In this document: positions 1-11,114 of the stretch, piece after piece
Numbering within the stretch: the stretch's first letter is position 1
Layout: the number at the start of each line of letters is the position of its first letter
Assembly: GCA_946965045.2 (NCBI GenBank)
Contig: OX337241.1
Span: forward strand, 1,550,001-1,614,000
Direction: 5' to 3'
Origin: Epithemia pelagica
Lineage: Eukaryota; Protista; Bacillariophyta
Length of the DNA: 64,000 bases
The notes under the pieces: model-generated
What the model saw: the letters and a program-made list of their open reading frames with translations, nothing else
Database searches by the model: none
What the model was told of the DNA's origin: nothing
Made by a program: the position numbers and the translations under genes

Positions 1-94
1 GGTGTACGGCGTACGGCGTAGATTGAGTAGTTTCTCCCAAAAATTCGACATTTTGACAGGGCACGTGCCGTAGCCATGTGCCACGGGCGATGTA

Positions 95-700
95 AGGGCT
101 GGGTAAGCCGATCCATGTTCGGCTAAGTAGGCTCAGTACATTGATCTACGTAGTACTATTTTCGTCTGTGTAAGAAGTGGGGCGGATGGTCTCAAATTGA
201 AAACTTGCTGCCACGAGAAACAATGCAAATTGGAAGCCATCACTCGACAATGGTCGAGGTCATCACCCCCATGGCAATAACTTCCTGGATAATTGAGCCT
301 GCCTGAATCACTTTTACAATAAGAATCTTTACTACTAGAGCAACTTTGCTTTCACTTTGATTCAGGCACCCTTGAAAAATGAATGAGTTAGGGCGGTCGT
401 TCGATTTCATCACTGCAGAAAAATGAGCGTACCTTTTCAGCCAACTTGGCAAATCTTCTGTAATTTCAGACAACAATTTCAAAGGTAAAGGCAAAGGACT
501 TACGGTGGTCGGATGTTTATGCGATGCATGGGTGAATGCATACGGCGTCACCGGATCTCGCCATCATTGTCGAGCGTTTTTGCATTTTTTTGAAATTCCG
601 ACCATTTCCGGCGTGACGTGTACTATCTGATTTTATGTACTCTACGTAGATTAATGTACTGAGCCTACTTAGCCGAACATGGATCGGCTTACCCAGCCCT
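95..700. mobile_element. MITE-like non-autonomous DNA transposon, 59-bp TIRs, TA target duplication
   Basis: 95-153 (AGGGCTGGGTAAGCCGATCC...CTACGTAG) is the reverse complement of 642-700 with 1 mismatch. TA lies immediately outside both ends (93-94, 701-702). No transposase inside. Confidence 0.85.
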
Positions 701-894
701 TAATAAACAAATGTCGCCTGCTGACTGTCCAACGGACTCCAACAGACACCATATCTAGTTCAGCCTTCACCTTCACCACTTCGTCCCATTATCAATGTGG
801 TCCTCCAACAGATTTCTCACCAGAATGTCTCCCAAGGAAACCAGTTACTTGACCATTAATTTCATGTCAACTCTGTTCGTTCCACAAAGTCAAG

Positions 895-2298
895 ATGATG
901 GAAGAGATTGACCTGAACGATGAGCAACAGATTGCGCAAAAGATTAAAAGGAAAAAGTTCTCTCGGGAATCTTCCAATTTGATGGATCGGTTCGACGGTG
1001 AGATTCCAGACGATGCCGACAAAAAGTCTGGCGTGTTTTCCCTGAAACGAGCTCTCCAAAGTCCGTGGTGGAAATTCGCATGCTTGGGGCTCTCCTTCTT
1101 TATTTTTTCAATCATCTTGACTATCGTCGCTGTCCGAACGTCGCGGGAATCAGACAACAACGATGTCATTGAGAGCTCTGAAGCAAATGATAGTTGGACC
1201 ACTCCTAGTCCTTCGCCATCACCATCGCCTGAAATCAATCAAGCCAGCCCACCTCCGACGTTGTCCATTGACTCCTCATCTCCTCCTCACACATCATCGA
1301 TTCCGTTGCCACTCCAAGACAGAGACGAATTTTCCCATTTTATAGTTCAATGGGGCATTGAAACGCAAGGCTGCTACCGCCTTCAGTGGCCATCGATTTT
1401 CTTATCGTGTGGTGAGGAATTTGGGGAAGCTTCCATTGATGTGGTGGACATGAAACTGCCAGCAGCATTCAACGACCTCGATGACGAATCTCGACCCAAT
1501 ATTGAATGTACGCGCAAAGTGAAAGATGCGATTGTGTGCAAAATGAAGAACTCTCAGGTACAATACTCGCATTCGAACGCGTCATCTTCCTTACTGTACG
1601 GATCATTGCTTGTCGTATGCGGAGGCAATTCCTCCAAGGACGAGGCATCTTCCGAAATCTTGAGCCAATATCATTTGAAGGCGGACATTTTGCCTCATAC
1701 ATTTGCAACTAGCTGTCTTGACATCAAATCCATCACAACACTAAACAAAGACCAAGAGGAACGCGTCAATGGAGGATATGCCATGCCATGGCTCTCCGTT
1801 GGCCGGTTTTGTCATGATTCCACGAACGGAGGCAATCGACGCCAACGAAATCTTCAGTCGCCCACTACAGCTCAAAGGAAGATGAATCCGCAAGATCACC
1901 TTCGAACAAGGGCAACGACGGGGGCGTTAGACGACAACAATTTCCAAGACAGACTGAAGGTCTTGACGGACATGTATTGCGAGCAAGGAGAACATTTCTC
2001 TGCCGCCGGAGGATCAGGTGCCAAAGACTTTTGCGTGCAGCAATCACAATGTACCAGTAGCCGTATTTGTGCGCCCGGTGAGGATATATGGCCCTGTACG
2101 GGATCTCTTGCATGCGATATCCCGTCGGGAGCCATCAATTCCAATACGGTCTACGTAGCCAGAGACATTACAAAAGATGACACAAATCCCAACTCCTGTG
2201 GGTTTTCACAAGTCTTGCCGAATGAGTGGATGTGGACCGTGGCTGAAGATGAACAGGTACTATCCCACACTCCAACTATGACAATAAACAATGACTGA
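895..2298 (+). CDS. Hypothetical single-pass (type II) membrane protein with Ser/Pro stalk and Cys-rich extracellular region
   Basis: 467-aa ATG ORF. Hydrophobic segment FACLGLSFFIFSIILTIVAV, PSPSPSP stalk, many Cys, RRQRNLQ (RxL-type) motif. No family recognised. Confidence 0.75.
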   Translation: MMEEIDLNDEQQIAQKIKRKKFSRESSNLMDRFDGEIPDDADKKSGVFSLKRALQSPWWKFACLGLSFFIFSIILTIVAVRTSRESDNNDVIESSEANDSWTTPSPSPSPSPEINQASPPPTLSIDSSSPPHTSSIPLPLQDRDEFSHFIVQWGIETQGCYRLQWPSIFLSCGEEFGEASIDVVDMKLPAAFNDLDDESRPNIECTRKVKDAIVCKMKNSQVQYSHSNASSSLLYGSLLVVCGGNSSKDEASSEILSQYHLKADILPHTFATSCLDIKSITTLNKDQEERVNGGYAMPWLSVGRFCHDSTNGGNRRQRNLQSPTTAQRKMNPQDHLRTRATTGALDDNNFQDRLKVLTDMYCEQGEHFSAAGGSGAKDFCVQQSQCTSSRICAPGEDIWPCTGSLACDIPSGAINSNTVYVARDITKDDTNPNSCGFSQVLPNEWMWTVAEDEQVLSHTPTMTINND

Positions 2299-2662
2299 AC
2301 TGTGGAATTCATAGATAAGAAATCATATTCTTTTTCATTTCAAGTTTTTTCCAGTTCTGCGCCTTACTAGATCTAGATGAAAGGAGGTTTAGGTAGAGAT
2401 GTCTTCCGGTGCAATTGCTTTCGTGTCTCTCCGTAGAGAATACCAGAGAGTAGCAGAGAGTCTATGGTGGCCAATGTCTTTGACGAAGTGAAAAGAAACA
2501 GGAGGGACCTACTACTCCTAATTACTAATGCATGTGCAAGAACCCGGTAGCTATGCAGAATATGAGACGCGCTGGTCGCTGGTCTTGAGTCACCCCCTAA
2601 CCGGAGGGGGGCTCGACTTATCCCCCTTCGAAGAAACCACCAAATCCAAAATCTTCTTCACC

Positions 2663-3658
2663 ATGACGACGACAACAACGACGACGACCATGCAAGCCTT
2701 GCGTTGGACGGGAGAGACTCTGGAATACAGTGCCGACAATACAGTTCCGAGTCCGAAACCAGGAGAAGCTCGAATTCGTGTATTGGAGGCTGGTGTCTGC
2801 AACACGGATTTGGAAATTGTCAAGGGGTACATGGGCTTTACGGGCATTTTGGGCCATGAATTTGTCGGTGTCGTGGATGCCGCACCCGACTCCCCCGAGT
2901 GGATCGGTAAGCGTGTATGTGTGGATATCAATGCAGCTCCCCAAGATGCGACAGATCCGCACCACAATCCGGATCGAACCGTGATTGGCATTGTCAATCA
3001 CGATGGTGCCTTTGCCGAATACCTCGTGGCACCCGTCTGGAATCTCTATCCCGTACCGGACCGCGTGGAAAATGATGAAGCCGTCTTTGTAGAACCCTTG
3101 GCAGCCGCCTTTGAAATTCCGGAACAAGTCAAAATTCAAAAATCGCAACGAGTCATGGTCTTGGGAGATGGCAAACTGGGTCTCTTGATTGCCATGGTAC
3201 TGCGCTTGTCATCCGATCACGTGACACTGTTGGGTCGTCATGCCGAAAAGATGGTATTGGTGGAGGATTTGGGCATTCAGACCGCCCTCAGTGCCGACAA
3301 CATGACGACGACGACCACCAACTGTGCCGATGTGGTCGTGGAAGCGACCGGATCCGCCTCGGGACTGCAACAAGCCATGGCCCTGTGCAAACCACGAGGG
3401 ACAATTGTGTTGAAAAGTACCATTGCCGATACCGCCAGTCTCAATCTCGCCCCGATTGTCGTGGATGAAATTACCGTGGTGGGGTCGCGGTGTGGACCCT
3501 TTGACAAGGCCCTTCAGGCCTTGGAACGGGGAGACATTCCGGTGAAACGGCTGATTCAAAAACGGTTTGCCCTCAAAGATGGTGTCGACGCCATGAATAC
3601 GGCAGCGACCAAAGGTATGCTCAAGGTGTTGCTGGATATCAGCTCTCTAGAGGAATAA
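2663..3658 (+). CDS. Zn-dependent medium-chain dehydrogenase/reductase (MDR, bacterial-like subfamily)
   Basis: GVCNTD and GHEFVG catalytic Zn ligands, EPLAAA, Rossmann GDGKLG, GSRCGPF. Start placed at MTTTT/MQALRW within ORF 2528-3658. Confidence 0.9.
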   Translation: MTTTTTTTTMQALRWTGETLEYSADNTVPSPKPGEARIRVLEAGVCNTDLEIVKGYMGFTGILGHEFVGVVDAAPDSPEWIGKRVCVDINAAPQDATDPHHNPDRTVIGIVNHDGAFAEYLVAPVWNLYPVPDRVENDEAVFVEPLAAAFEIPEQVKIQKSQRVMVLGDGKLGLLIAMVLRLSSDHVTLLGRHAEKMVLVEDLGIQTALSADNMTTTTTNCADVVVEATGSASGLQQAMALCKPRGTIVLKSTIADTASLNLAPIVVDEITVVGSRCGPFDKALQALERGDIPVKRLIQKRFALKDGVDAMNTAATKGMLKVLLDISSLEE

Positions 3659-4153
3659 TAGAGGAATACATAATATATATAGAGAGAGTTTTTGACTACG
3701 GACTGACCTTTAGAGGCAATTCTAAGCACGGAATCCGAGAAGACATTACTGAGAATCACGGTTGCTGTTGCAATATAAGGTACTCATACGTATCGAAAGG
3801 TTGAGGGGAGGGAAAGCGACTTGCTTTTCTGGTGACCACTTTTTCCCAATCGCCATGGAGAGATAGGAGTACGAGTATGCATAGTTTGGGATTCGGGATT
3901 CGGGATAGTATGGCTAGCAGAGAAAGCTACGTCTGTCCGCGGCATCTCCATGAAAAGGCGTCCTATTCGCGACCACTTAAAAAAGGCGAAATCCAAAGTT
4001 TCAACGCTTTTCTTTCGTTTGCTCCCGCACAACAGAGGGTCTCTGGACTATGGATACACTTTCTCTTGTCGGGTACACAAGATTGGATCCCACAGACAAG
4101 AGGCTTGTGTTGCCTGAAAAGGACGACGAGAACAACAACTCCAGAGAATCGTC

Positions 4154-4778
4154 ATGAGTGAACCACCATCGACGACGACTAATAGTACTACGCAAGATCT
4201 CATGGCATCCCTCATGGGTGGTGGAGTCGACGAATCCACCGAACCGACTGCGGCGGCTGTTCCCACCACGGCCAACAGTGAACCGGAATCCGACTTGTTT
4301 GGAGACATTCCCGTTACAGCCACGACCACAACAACGACAGCACCTCCTCCTCCTTCCACCCAAGCACCATCCGCAACAACTGTGGTTCCACCAGCGACTG
4401 GCATGACGACTCCTCTTTCGACGACGGTTCCTCCAATGGGAGTCGAGAACGCAGCAGCACCCGTCGCTCCCGCTGCATCCGTTCCACCAACGACCACTGC
4501 ACCACCCTCGACTCCTTCCTTGTTGATGCAATCCGGTCTCTTGGGGACCGGTGGAATCGATGCCACCACGACAACCGGAGGAGGAGCAGCAGCGACCCTG
4601 AGTACCAACCATTCGGAAAGCACCGAGGGAGGAGGAGGTTTGTTTGCCACGGTCGAAGTGGAAGAAGAACGAGCGGTACAGGCAGCGGCTGCGGCCGAGG
4701 CAGAACGGCAACAACAATTGCAACTCCAACAACAACAAGCTGCGGCTGCCGCGGCCGCGGCCGAACAAGAACGAATTC

Positions 4779-4824
<46 letters not shown>

Positions 4825-7202
4825 GTTGCAAGATCAAATGCAAAGTGTCCATTTGGGAGGTCCTCCTGTTCCGGCAGTGGCAACCACAACGACGATGCCC
4901 GCTGGACCACCCATGACAGCGGCAGTACCTCCGGGACAACCGTTGGCATCACCACCACAACAACCACCACCACAGCAGCCGCCAACGACAATGACGCAAC
5001 CAGCCACGACCCTGCAGCCACCATTTGGGGGATCCATACCGCCACCACAACGTCACAGTCACATGAATGTGGGTGCTGCTAGTGTTCCTCCCCCGCAACC
5101 ACAACCACCGACCCGGATTCCTTCGCAACCCGGATACTTGACCACACCACAGCAGGGATCCGCACTGCCACCAACCGCCCCACCCACGGCCCCTTTGGCG
5201 GCCGTGCCATCCCAACCCCACGTCGATGGCACCTTTTATCGGTCGCATCCTCCCCAACCATCCACCACCACGGCGGCGGGTCCGTATGGTACAGCAGCAC
5301 CACAAGCCGCCGCCGCCGCTACTTCGCCGCAGCAGCGATATTATCAACCCTCCCAAACGGCTTCGACCATGGCGGGAATGCACAATGCCAGTCATGGCCG
5401 GTCCCTGGGTCAGGCACCCCGCCTTCAAATTGTCCAACCGCCTCCAGTCCCAACCGTCTACGACAAGATTTTGGTCCATGAACCCCTCTTGGTGGCTCCT
5501 CCCAAGGGATTGCTCGGATCCCTCACGGGGCAAGGCACACCGCATTGGTCCTATCAAGTCACGACGCAATTCAAAGTGCCAAACAACGTCACCAATACGA
5601 CTGGACCACCCCCACAGGCGCAACTGTGGATGGTCCGTCGGCGATTTCGCCATGTCGTGGCCCTCGAAGAACGATTGCATGAAGAAATTCCCGGAGCCAT
5701 TTTACCTCCACGGTAGGTTCTTTGTTGTGTTTTGTTACATTGTATTGTATTTGTTTCGACGGGGTTGTGTGTTTGTGGGTATTGTGGTTGGGACCGAACC
5801 ATGAAAATGGTCTCTGACACTTGCTTTTTGCCACGACACTGATTGTGTTGTATACATGATTGCTCTTTTTTTCTCATTGATTGCTCTTTTTTTCTGTAGA
5901 CCGGAAAAGCATGCGACCCGTGCCTTGGAAGAAGCCACGACCCAGCAATCGGCCGAATTTGCCTTGCAACGCGCGGCCGAATTGCAAGTCTATTTGAATC
6001 AATTGATTCAACATCCCTATGCTCACAATACCCATACGCTCCGGCTCTTTTTGTCCCTCCAAGACGATGTCGGCACCGCCTGGCCCGAAGTCTCCAACAA
6101 TGCCCTGACACGATTGGCCAATGTCTCCGTCACCACGGCCGTCAAGGTATCGGAACAAACGCAAGCGACCAAATTCCCCTGGCAAGATCCGATTGGACAA
6201 ACGGACGATTATGGAGAAGACAATGCCGAACTCTTGGCCTTGGCCAGTCAAGAACAAATCCGCATGGCGGCAGTCCTTCAAGCCGTGCCCAAATTGGAAG
6301 GAGCCATTACTCTGTTGCGGGAAGGTGCGGAACGCATGGGATCGACCGGGATGGAATTGGGACGATTGGCCAAGGAAGTGGCGGCGACGGATACGACGCT
6401 CGGACAACCCATGGATATCATTAGTTCCGGCATGTTGCGGAGTGGTCGACGAAACAAGCGATTGGCCTTGGAACTCTTTGCCGCCTTGCACTCGTATTCG
6501 CAACATTACAAGACGTGTCGTTATGAAAAAATGGCCTTTCAGGATCGACGGTTGGCCATGATGCGACGACACAAGGAACGTGGACGGGCCGATCATCGGG
6601 CTACCATGTTATATCAGCAGCAGCAGCAACAACAACAACAGCTTTATCCACAACAGCAAGCGCCATCCCCCTATGGTGGACCTTCTCCACCCAATCCGTA
6701 TGGACCTCCACAACCACAAGCGCCGTATGGAACTCCAGCACCGTATGGAAATCCCTATTCACCACAGCAACAACAACAGCAAGCACCCTATGCGGCTCCC
6801 AACCATCCCATGCAACAACAACAACAACAACAACAACAACAGCAACTCTATCAAATGCAGAACCAAGCCGTCATGTCGGATAGCTTGGCCACCGATGCCT
6901 GGCAAGAATGCGATGAGATTGGTCAACGGTTGCGATCGGAAGTGAACCGATTGGCCTATCAACGACGAACCGATTGGTTCACAGCCGTCAAGGTCGTTGC
7001 CTCCTCGTGTAAGGAAGCCACGTCGGAAAATGTGGCCATTTGGCAAGCCGTCAAGGAATCGTTCCTCCAAGCCTTTCCGGAATACGAATACGAAGATCCA
7101 AACAACACCAATCCTCAAAACAGTGTCATCTCCAACGCGGGAGATGGTTCCATGGTGATGGTGCCCCCACATCAGCAGCAGCAGCAACAACCACACATGT
7201 AA
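4154..7202 (+). CDS. Sorting nexin (PX-BAR, Vps5/SNX1-like), 2 exons, intron 5713-5899
   Basis: PX motifs WSYQV, VRRRFRHVVALEERL, ILPPRP, RAAELQVYLNQL. The GTAGGT...CTGTAG intron joins ORFs 4154-5716 and 5856-7202 in frame. Helical BAR-like C-half; long T/P/Q-rich N-terminus. Confidence 0.85.
4778..4825 (+). repeat. (CAA)15 CAG microsatellite encoding polyQ16
   Basis: Direct read of the sequence inside sorting nexin exon 1. Confidence 0.95.
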
Positions 7203-7667
7203 CACTCAATCACCACCCTCCCACCAACCAAAAGAGCAGCATTTGCCGTTGCGATCACTACAACCACCGACCGTCCTGAAGCTTCCAGAACCGACGTAAG
7301 AACACGAAATAAGCCACAGGGAGAACACACCACATACCGTAGAATTGCACACTTAAAAGCATCATTCACACGAACTAAAAACTATTTAAACAAACGGATC
7401 CAATCTCAATCTGGCGCCGAACAAGAAATAAAAGGTCGCTTCCGAATTCGCGGTGTAGGGACGTCACACGAATCCACTAGAGATTGGTTTGTTTCACAAC
7501 TTTCCTAAAACGAAGTAGCGAAATGCTGTTACGATTAAAACCACCACTTCCCCTGCATCCTATCCACAATCTTCCATCCTAAGGATCCATCATTCATGGC
7601 GTTCACAGGTGGAACAGCCATCCAACAGAAAAACCACAGTGTCAATCCATTTTCAATCGTATTCTCG

Positions 7668-8165
7668 TTAGTCCTTCTTGACTGGCGTTCCAATCATGAG
7701 TTGTTCTTTTGTTGTTGCACAGGAAGACTTGCATTCTGGCAAGCATTCTTGTCGACTCTTTTGGCCATCCACTTTGGGTTTGGTGCACTCGAATAAGCAC
7801 TTGCTGACACAGGCTTCGTACTCTGGATCCTTTTTGGTACCCTTGAGAGCAGGATCCACGTCCTTGGCCCAGGCCTCGGATGCGTCCAAAACAAGACTTC
7901 CAGTAGTCAGGGACACTGTCATAGCTGACAAGAATGCCGTACGAGAATGCATCGAGGACAATGACTGTGGTGTCCTTGTAGCCGAGGTTATGGAATCTTC
8001 CGCCGTGCTATCCGTCGATGATTTTGTTTGCGACAAGGCATTCTCGCGGAATGTCTTCTGGACTTGACTCACCTGAAGTACCTGAGGGGAAGTAAAACCA
8101 TACCCCACAATTAAAAGGCAGTAAAAGAGGAAAAATGCAATGGCGTGGCTACTTTTCATCATCAT
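7668..8165 (-). CDS. Probable plastid/thylakoid-lumen Cys-rich protein (twin CX3CX3C)
   Basis: Start at MMMKSS. Signal peptide ending YG-F, Ser/Thr-rich transit, SRTAFL + hydrophobic + AWA-K lumen-type signal. Mature part has CVSKCLFEC and CLPECKSSC. Confidence 0.7.
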   Translation of the reverse strand: MMMKSSHAIAFFLFYCLLIVGYGFTSPQVLQVSQVQKTFRENALSQTKSSTDSTAEDSITSATRTPQSLSSMHSRTAFLSAMTVSLTTGSLVLDASEAWAKDVDPALKGTKKDPEYEACVSKCLFECTKPKVDGQKSRQECLPECKSSCATTKEQLMIGTPVKKD

Positions 8166-8557
8166 GGTCGAGGCAATTGGAAACAAAACATCACAGAGGT
8201 GCGTAGTGCGTACCCTGAAGGCTTGTGGACACCGGTACTTGTTAAATGCGACCAATGATTTCATTGACACACCCCAGCGTCAACACGGCCATACAATAGG
8301 AAACATGACCCTGGAACCTCGAACACTGTAGGTTGAAAACGAATTGCCAATCCCTGATTTTGGTGAGCGCTCGGAAATGCTTAGAGCGACTCCAAGCGAT
8401 TAAATATTTTTTGGTAATAAGTATTTCCTAATTTTCGATTTTCATCCTCGCTGAGGAGTGAAAGAATGACGGCTTCGCGCGCTCCGGTCAATCGCATTTT
8501 TGTGTCACACAGAGATTTTCGGAATGAAGTTTTGACAAATCTCAAGAGAACCTCACC

Positions 8558-10549
8558 ATGATGATGAATCCGTACACCAAGAAGCGACGACCAAACCCCA
8601 AGGTTTCACAGGAAGAAGCGACGGTAGTCGATCCATGCATATCTGAAATATCAGGATCGAAAGGACCTGATTCTCAAGTTCCAACCACCGAGTCGGCTTC
8701 TGCCCTTGTAATTGCCGCCACAGACAAGGCCGGCATGGACGGCATTGATCGGGCAACCATTGACAAAATTATTCTTCGAGAATCAGGAAGCACTTTCTAT
8801 ATGCAGCAACAAAGGAAGCGTGACCAGCAGGTGAACGAGAGAATTGAGCAGATTCGAGAAAAGCTGAAGAAAGAAGAAGAAAAGAATCCAGCCTGGCGAC
8901 CCGCTCTGCAACGATCGGTTGACAAAGAACTCAGCGAAGCTGTAAAGAAACGACCCGTCCGATCTACTTGTGTTGTGGTTGATATGGATATGTTCTTCAT
9001 GGCCTGCGAGCTTCTCACTCGTCCTGATCTTGCGGACAAACCGGCATGTGTAGGTGGGTCCATGATTACCACAAGCAACTACGTCGCAAGGCGGTATGGA
9101 GTACGCTCGGCAATGGCTGGTTGGATTGGCGACAAGCTCGTAGAAGAACTATCAGGTGGTAAGGAGACCCTAATCCATCTGGATTCCAATTTTGAACTTT
9201 ACAAAGAAAAGTCTGCGATTGTTAAACAAGTTTTGGCCGAATACGATCCGATGCTTTCAATGCACAGTTTGGATGAGGCCTTTCTGGACTTGGCACCGTA
9301 TCTAGCCTTGCGAATGACAAAGAAATGGACGCACCATCAGATTCGCGAAGAGCTCCTCAAGCAGTCTACGCGAGCGCAGAAACGGAAATCTTCGCAGAGC
9401 GATCATGCATGGTCTGAGAGTCTTTGTTTACTTTCTTCGTTTCCATCGCGCTTGTGCCGGCAACATGTGGCTGAGGTCATGGAAGACATGCGGGAGAAGG
9501 TCCACCACGAGACTGGAGGTCTGACATGCAGTGCTGGGCTCGCCCCAAATTTCCTACTTGCAAAGATTGCCAGTGACCGCAACAAGCCAAATGGCCAATG
9601 CTTGGTTGACCCTGATCATGACAGCGTTACTCAATTCTTGCATCCGCTGCCAACCAGAAAAATTTGTGGTATTGGAAGGGTCACCGAGAAAACTCTTCAG
9701 GCTTTTGGGATAAAAACTGTCCAAGATCTTAACCGAGAACGTGCACTCGTTCGGCTCCTGTTCAAGCCGGTATCAGCTGGATTTCTGCTCCGAGCTTCAG
9801 CTGGTTGCGCGTCTTCGGACGATCGGACGGTTGATGATTCAAACGTTCATGGTCAAAAAGGGATCAGTCGTGAGAGAAGCTTTCAAGCACGAGACTCATG
9901 GACAGAGATAAATTCGACCCTTGAAGATATCGCGCGGCTGTTGTCAACCGATATGAAAAAGAAAAATCTGTGGGCACATACCATAACCGTAAAAGTGAAA
10001 TTGCACACATTCGATGTGTTCAGCCGTGCACGATCAATGCCTCATTCCGTTTACTTGCATGATGCGGAAGACTTGGTATTGCATGCGACCGAGCTTCTTC
10101 GTGAAATACGGAACACCATGAAAAATGCTGCTCAGTTCTCTGTTCGTCTCCTCGGTATACGGTGCTCAAATTTCCGCGGCGAAGAAAACGCGGGACAGGT
10201 CAACATTGATCAGTTTCTGGAGCCCAGAACGGTGTCGCCAATCTCAGGTCGCACAAGAGAGCAAGGCACTGCGGCATCGACTTTAGATTCGAAGCACACA
10301 GGCGAAAAAAATGAAAAGGGTGTACATGAATCTGGTTTCGCAGGACAGGCACAGGAATCTCCCGACATTTCGTTCGTTTACTGTCCTATTTGTCAAGCAG
10401 GCTTCCCGGCAGACAAGAACTTTGAGCTCAATCGCCATATTGATGCGTGCCTCTCTGGTCGTGTTGTACGCAGGGTTCTAAGAGAGCAAGACGACGAATC
10501 GCGTACGAAGAAACCTCACCGCAAAAGACGAATAACTGACTTCTATTAA
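8558..10549 (+). CDS. POLK: DNA polymerase kappa (Y-family, DinB)
   Basis: N-clasp AGMDGIDRATIDKII, VVDMDMFF, TSNYVARRYGVRS, SLDEAFLD, CSAGLAPNFLLAKIASDRNKPNGQ, little finger domain, C-terminal UBZ CPIC...HIDACL. Confidence 0.95.
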   Translation: MMMNPYTKKRRPNPKVSQEEATVVDPCISEISGSKGPDSQVPTTESASALVIAATDKAGMDGIDRATIDKIILRESGSTFYMQQQRKRDQQVNERIEQIREKLKKEEEKNPAWRPALQRSVDKELSEAVKKRPVRSTCVVVDMDMFFMACELLTRPDLADKPACVGGSMITTSNYVARRYGVRSAMAGWIGDKLVEELSGGKETLIHLDSNFELYKEKSAIVKQVLAEYDPMLSMHSLDEAFLDLAPYLALRMTKKWTHHQIREELLKQSTRAQKRKSSQSDHAWSESLCLLSSFPSRLCRQHVAEVMEDMREKVHHETGGLTCSAGLAPNFLLAKIASDRNKPNGQCLVDPDHDSVTQFLHPLPTRKICGIGRVTEKTLQAFGIKTVQDLNRERALVRLLFKPVSAGFLLRASAGCASSDDRTVDDSNVHGQKGISRERSFQARDSWTEINSTLEDIARLLSTDMKKKNLWAHTITVKVKLHTFDVFSRARSMPHSVYLHDAEDLVLHATELLREIRNTMKNAAQFSVRLLGIRCSNFRGEENAGQVNIDQFLEPRTVSPISGRTREQGTAASTLDSKHTGEKNEKGVHESGFAGQAQESPDISFVYCPICQAGFPADKNFELNRHIDACLSGRVVRRVLREQDDESRTKKPHRKRRITDFY

Positions 10550-10887
10550 ATCCAGGATTATCGAAGAGAACCGTCGCTCTTTGTGCTGTTGTTCTTCTTC
10601 TCGCGCGTAGGTCTCATTCAATCTTTGGTTGGGTTCTTGTGCCGTTTTGAACCACCTTCGCGTGACGGCTTTAGCCCTTGTTTGAAGTAAGAAGAATCTC
10701 AGCTGCTGTGTGAGACATGACCTGGCGATTCTGTCCCAGAATTAGACCAGACCACTTAAATTTTTACGTCTCGCTGGGCTATCAGCTCCACTGTCAGCCT
10801 ACGTCAAAGTCGACTCTGATATCGTGAAATGAAGACAAAGAAAAGGGTTGCTACCGCGTTGGGGGGTTCAAGAGTTGGAGATATCAT

Positions 10888-10985
10888 ATTTGACATCCGA
10901 AACCTGCTTATTAACGATCAAATTTGACATCCGAAACCTGCTTATTAACGATCAAATTTGACATCCGAAACCTGCTTATTAACGA
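10888..10985. repeat. 34-bp tandem repeat, ~2.9 perfect copies
   Basis: ATTTGACATCCGAAACCTGCTTATTAACGATCAA starts at 10888, 10922 and 10956 (third copy partial). Confidence 0.95.
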
Positions 10986-11114
10986 AGGGCGAAGCTTTCC
11001 ACGCATAGTAGGCTTCAGGTCGGCGGTTTGTGAGATCCGAAATGGACAACAAAAAATGGTCGGACTCGATATCTCCTATATATCCCTTTGATGCCGAAAA
11101 ACGAGCCATCAAAT

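Noticed and set aside
240-551. 103-aa minus ORF inside the MITE
   Set aside because: GTG start, no recognisable motif, and it spans intron-like signals. At most a decayed remnant.
4001-7279. Several long antisense or alternate-frame ORFs (4001-4939, 4314-5048, 4949-5680, 5874-6596)
   Set aside because: Shadow ORFs produced by low-complexity CAA/ACC-rich codons of the sorting nexin.
10888-10985. CRISPR-like array (34-bp repeat length)
   Set aside because: The repeats are head-to-tail with no spacers, there are no cas genes, and the context is eukaryotic.
10560-11110. Possible small minus-strand gene between POLK and HDAC (MARFSASKGY...)
   Set aside because: Short, interrupted by the 34-bp repeat, no motif, and no convincing exon chain.
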